A DNA stretch of 64,000 bases, taken from NCBI GenBank assembly GCA_051942205.1, contig JAVECO010000038.1:1-64000 (forward strand), read 5' to 3'. Below are positions 60,448 through 64,000 of this stretch, one piece after another. Numbering within the stretch: position 1 is the first letter of the stretch; the number at the start of each line of letters is the position of its first letter. The notes under the pieces are model-generated. The model had not been told where the DNA came from. It worked only from the letters and a program-made list of their open reading frames with translations, and did not search any database. Source of the DNA: Coniocarpon cinnabarinum. Its lineage: Eukaryota. Position numbers and translations under genes: made by a program.

Positions 60448-61112
60448 ATGAGTGCCAACGGCTTTCCTACCAAGGCCCAGCCGATATCAATAGCAAAATC
60501 TTCAAATCCTCCCAACCAAACGCTCTATATCAGGAACCTCAACGACAAAATAGCAAAGCAAGACCTCAGAAGGGCGCTTTACACTCTGTTCTCTACGCAT
60601 GGACACGTCCTGGATGTAGTCGCTCTTAAGACGAACAAAATGCGGGGTCAGGCGCACGTCGTTTTCAAAGACGTGCAAAGCAGCAGTCAAGCTTTGCAGA
60701 CACTACAGGGATTTGACTTCTTGGGCAAAGAGATGGTAAGCTAAACGTCGGACCGTCAAAATCGTTGTTGGCGTTCTCTGCTCACGCTGGGCCGGAGATA
60801 ATCTCATATGGCAAAGGCAGGTCAAGCATAATTTCAAAACTTGACGGCACCGTCAAGCCTCCCGAAGCATCCAGGCCGAATCCTCAATCCAACGCCGAAG
60901 CAAAGAAGCCCAATGTAATCACGCCAACCACCACTGCAAATAAGACATTGCAACCTCCTACTGGAACCTTAAAGCCAGCAACTGGAACTCCCTCAGATGG
61001 CTCCAAGAGCCCTCAAGGCACTAAACGTCCTCGCGAGGACGATAGTGATGAGGGCGAGCCAATGCAAGAAGATGACGAGGACGAGGAGATGGAAGTCTCG
61101 GATGAGGATTAA
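60448..61112 (+). CDS. U2B''/U1A-family snRNP protein, single RRM (probably U2B'', Msl1-like)
   Basis: PNQTLYIRNLNDKI..LYTLFSTHGHVLDVVALKTNKMRGQAHVVF..LQGFDFLGKEM|IISYGKGRS..KLDGT; intron 60736-60797; acidic tail. Confidence 0.92.
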
Positions 61113-61415
61113 ATATCGTCGATTTGGGAGAAGCTACTGCAGGAGGCACATATTCACAACCGATTCACGAATCGAAGAGCAGATCCAATCTTCAGTCTAT
61201 TCTCGCGCCACTGGATCGGACTCCGATATTGTGGCGCTGATCAAAGTGTCATGTCAAGCTGGTTACTGCATGCTTGACATTCGCAAGCGGAAGTACTGCA
61301 GCTTAGCCCACGAGCGCACTTGTAAGGTATTTCTCCTCGTCACAAGATCCAAGCGTCTCGCTTCTAACGTTTTGGCAGTCCGCACATTTTGGCGCGCGCC
61401 GTGCGGTTGGATGGC

Positions 61416-62225
61416 TCATAGAAGCTGCGCAGCAATTGGTACGGTCAAACCCACCGTTCGGCCGACTATGCCAAGCCAAAGCAACATGTATTCCTGAACT
61501 TGCACGCTTTCACCTGCCGTCACTTCGGACATGGCCTGCGCTGTATTGCAGGGATGGACCAACATATTTGGCATCCCTGAATAAGGGTTATCCTGGCTGT
61601 TGTCAGTTTGTCTGCAAAGTCTGCTCAGAAACTGTACGTCCTACTAAACTAAACATACACCGTACGAGATAGCTCCCATGACACCAACATTGTCAACCTC
61701 AGCGTTCAAAGACCGTGGTACCAGCAATTGCTTTGCCTCGTCCACGTTCATGGACCGGCCCTCAACCAGATCAGAAACGTGAAAATATAATGTTGGCACC
61801 CTGTACACAGGCGAAAGAGCAACAAGATATTCAACTCGAGAAGCTGGCCTTGCAGAACGCTCGAGAACAGCCTGTGAGCTTGTCAATAGTGTTCTGCTCC
61901 TCATGTTGCACATCACCATCCACGTCATCAGCCTCTTCGTCTGCAGAAGCCTCCTCACTCGGCCATGCTTGCGCCATCAACTCAGGTTCGTGCACATGGT
62001 CAATGCCTGGAATGTGGTTGCAGGAAAGAGAAGTGTCGCGATGGATGCGGAGGCATGTCTTCATGGATCAGCGGTCGATGTGCATGCGCGAGGTATTCAA
62101 AGAAGCACCTGATCGTCATTGTGTGTCGAGACCAGATCCGAGCTGCTAAACAGCTGAAGCAAAAACTCGCAGCCGCTCAAGAACTCGGCCGGACTGAGAT
62201 GTGGGAATTCTCGCACCACAACCAT
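61416..62225 (-). CDS. ATG10: Autophagy E2-like enzyme ATG10
   Basis: N-terminal FPHLSPAEF, VEYLVALSPVYRVPTLYF, GVMGAIS|DNP..LVHPCNTAQAM (catalytic HPC), YMLLWLGIVG. Introns ~62108-62059, ~61923-61872 (donor uncertain) and 61658-61593. Confidence 0.88.
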
Positions 62226-62520
62226 GCAGTTGACTATGGAGTTGTGCAAATTAGCATCAGCGCTGCGAGCACCGACCGATGATATACAGAAACTTTTGGC
62301 AATAGAGAATTAAATGACATGTGACGGTGCCAGTTCGGGGTCGGGCCAAGCGTCTATCTAGTGTCCGCCTTCCGCGTCGCCAATTCCCGTGACCTGCCGT
62401 TTACCAAGTCCTTTGCGTCTTCGACTTCATTACTCTCGGGCGTTCATTGCCATCGTCTCAACACCCCTCAAAGCCCGGGGAACATTTCACCGGATGTTGT
62501 GACAGCCGACCATATGATCT

Positions 62521-64000
62521 ATGGCTCCCGCGAAGGAACAGAGCACCTTGAAACGAGCCCGTGTAAGCTGGTCCCTCGACTACATGCTTGTTCAACCAAC
62601 TTACAGATGAAGGCTTCACAAGGTGAACAAGCCGTCGATACAAAGAAACCTCGCCGGTCGCAAAGACTCTCACAAGTGGGCGCAGAAGCGAAAACTCCAC
62701 TCAAAAACTCTCAACTACCGTCTCCACTCACCCACAATGACTCCACAGCGACGACGCGCTCCAAGGATGGAACTGTGACACCTCCTGAGGGAAGGCCGAG
62801 TCAGATTAGGCATCGGACTCCGCCCGGCTCCAGTCCAAGTGCACACTTAGGTCTGCTGTCACCAGGTGGCGGCGATACGCAGCCTTTCTCGCAGGTCGTA
62901 AATCCAGCGGACGCGCTTTCTTCACAAGTCGGGGACGAAGAGGCTGAAGGCGTTTGGGGCTATTTGCTCCCCTTGGACGACAAATTTGGCCAGACGTTGG
63001 TGCTGAGAGAGCGCGCAGCTTGTCCACTACCGGAGACGAAGAAGGTACTGAAGCAGAAGCCAAGAAAGAACGCATCGAAGAGCAATTACGAGAAACAGGA
63101 GGAGGCTTATGAAGACCTCAAAATCAAAGGCATCTCGTCAGGGGGCTATCTGATTGGCAGACATCCAGAGTGCGATCGAGTGCTGAAAAACCCTCATGTA
63201 TCCAATCGACACTGTCTCATTTTCAAGGAGAACAAGGGGGGATATCCTACTGCTATAGTAGAAGATTTGTCAGGAAATGGTACGTTTGTGAATGAGGCAT
63301 TCGTGGGCCGCAACAAGCGGCGTGAGCTCAAAGATGGAGACGAACTCGCTATACTCGATGAAACGCGCTGTGTATTTAGGTACCCCCGTCACCGACAGAC
63401 CCATGGATTCAATCAACAGTACTCCGTTCAGGAGCAGCTGGGTAAAGGCCATTTTGCAACGGTATATCTGGCTGTTGAGAGATGCTCAGGCATGAAGTTT
63501 GCTGTGAAAAAATTCGAGAAGAGGACCGGTCCTGGTGAAAAATCTAAGGTCGAGGGATTACAGCAAGAAATCGCTGTGCTAATGGGCGTCAGTCATCCTA
63601 ATCTACTGTGTCTTAAGGATACTTTCGACGAAGATGACGGGGTTTACATTGTCTTGGAGCTTGCAACTGAAGGCGAGCTCTTCAACTGGATCGTTATGAA
63701 GGGCAAGCTATCAGAGCAAGAAACGCGACGCATATTCATTCAACTCTTCCAAGGCCTCAAATACTTGCACGAGCGTAACATTGTCCACCGTGACATCAAG
63801 CCCGAGAACATCCTCCTGGTCGACCAGCACCTGTCCATTAAGGTTGCCGACTTTGGGCTTGCTAAGATCATTGGTGAGGAATCATTTACGACAACTCTGT
63901 GCGGCACGCCAAGCTATGTTGCGCCCGAAATTCTCGAAAATTCCAATCACCGTCGATACACTCGCGCCGTGGACGTGTGGTCGCTGGGAGTTGTACTTTA
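62521..64000 (+). CDS. CHK2: FHA-domain checkpoint kinase CHK2/Cds1/PRD-4 (3' end beyond the window)
   Basis: ATG 62521, intron 62563-62606 (or -62612). TQ/SQ site DTQPFSQ, FHA GYLIGRHPECD..VSNRH..DLSGNGTFVN, kinase LGKGHFATV, HRDIKPEN, DFG and TLCGTPSYVAPE. Confidence 0.95.

Overview
Genomic DNA of a filamentous ascomycete (Pezizomycotina), judged from short spliceosomal introns and recognisable fungal genes. All intron structures were inferred by hand from splice signals and reading-frame restoration, and family assignments come from recalled motifs, not database searches. The window has four blocks. (1) ~1-17 kb is gene-poor and lineage-specific-looking: three intron-containing orphan genes on the minus strand, a putative amidoligase whose first metal-binding motif is substituted, and a coiled-coil protein. 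(2) ~17.6-42.4 kb is a conserved core: prefoldin subunit 4, MFS sugar transporter, short-chain dehydrogenase, Mug190-like SMP/C2 protein, a hypothetical protein, the Zn2Cys6 regulator PRO1/ADV-1/NosA, an AVT3/4 transporter and EAF1. (3) ~42.4-59 kb is an accessory island: two paralogous 8-Cys small secreted proteins flanking a pseudogene, a SAM methyltransferase, a strongly divergent formate-nitrite transporter (FNT) and a GH18 chitinase. (4) ~59-64 kb is core again: ARPC1, U2B''/U1A-family RRM protein, ATG10 and a CHK2-type kinase that runs off the window. The most notable observations are the 8-Cys effector-like pair, the remodelled FNT channel, the degenerate amidoligase in an orphan cluster, and an apparently relaxed splice-site grammar (many AAG acceptors, one GAG acceptor, one apparent GG donor). 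No tRNA, rRNA, CRISPR array or intact transposon was recognised.
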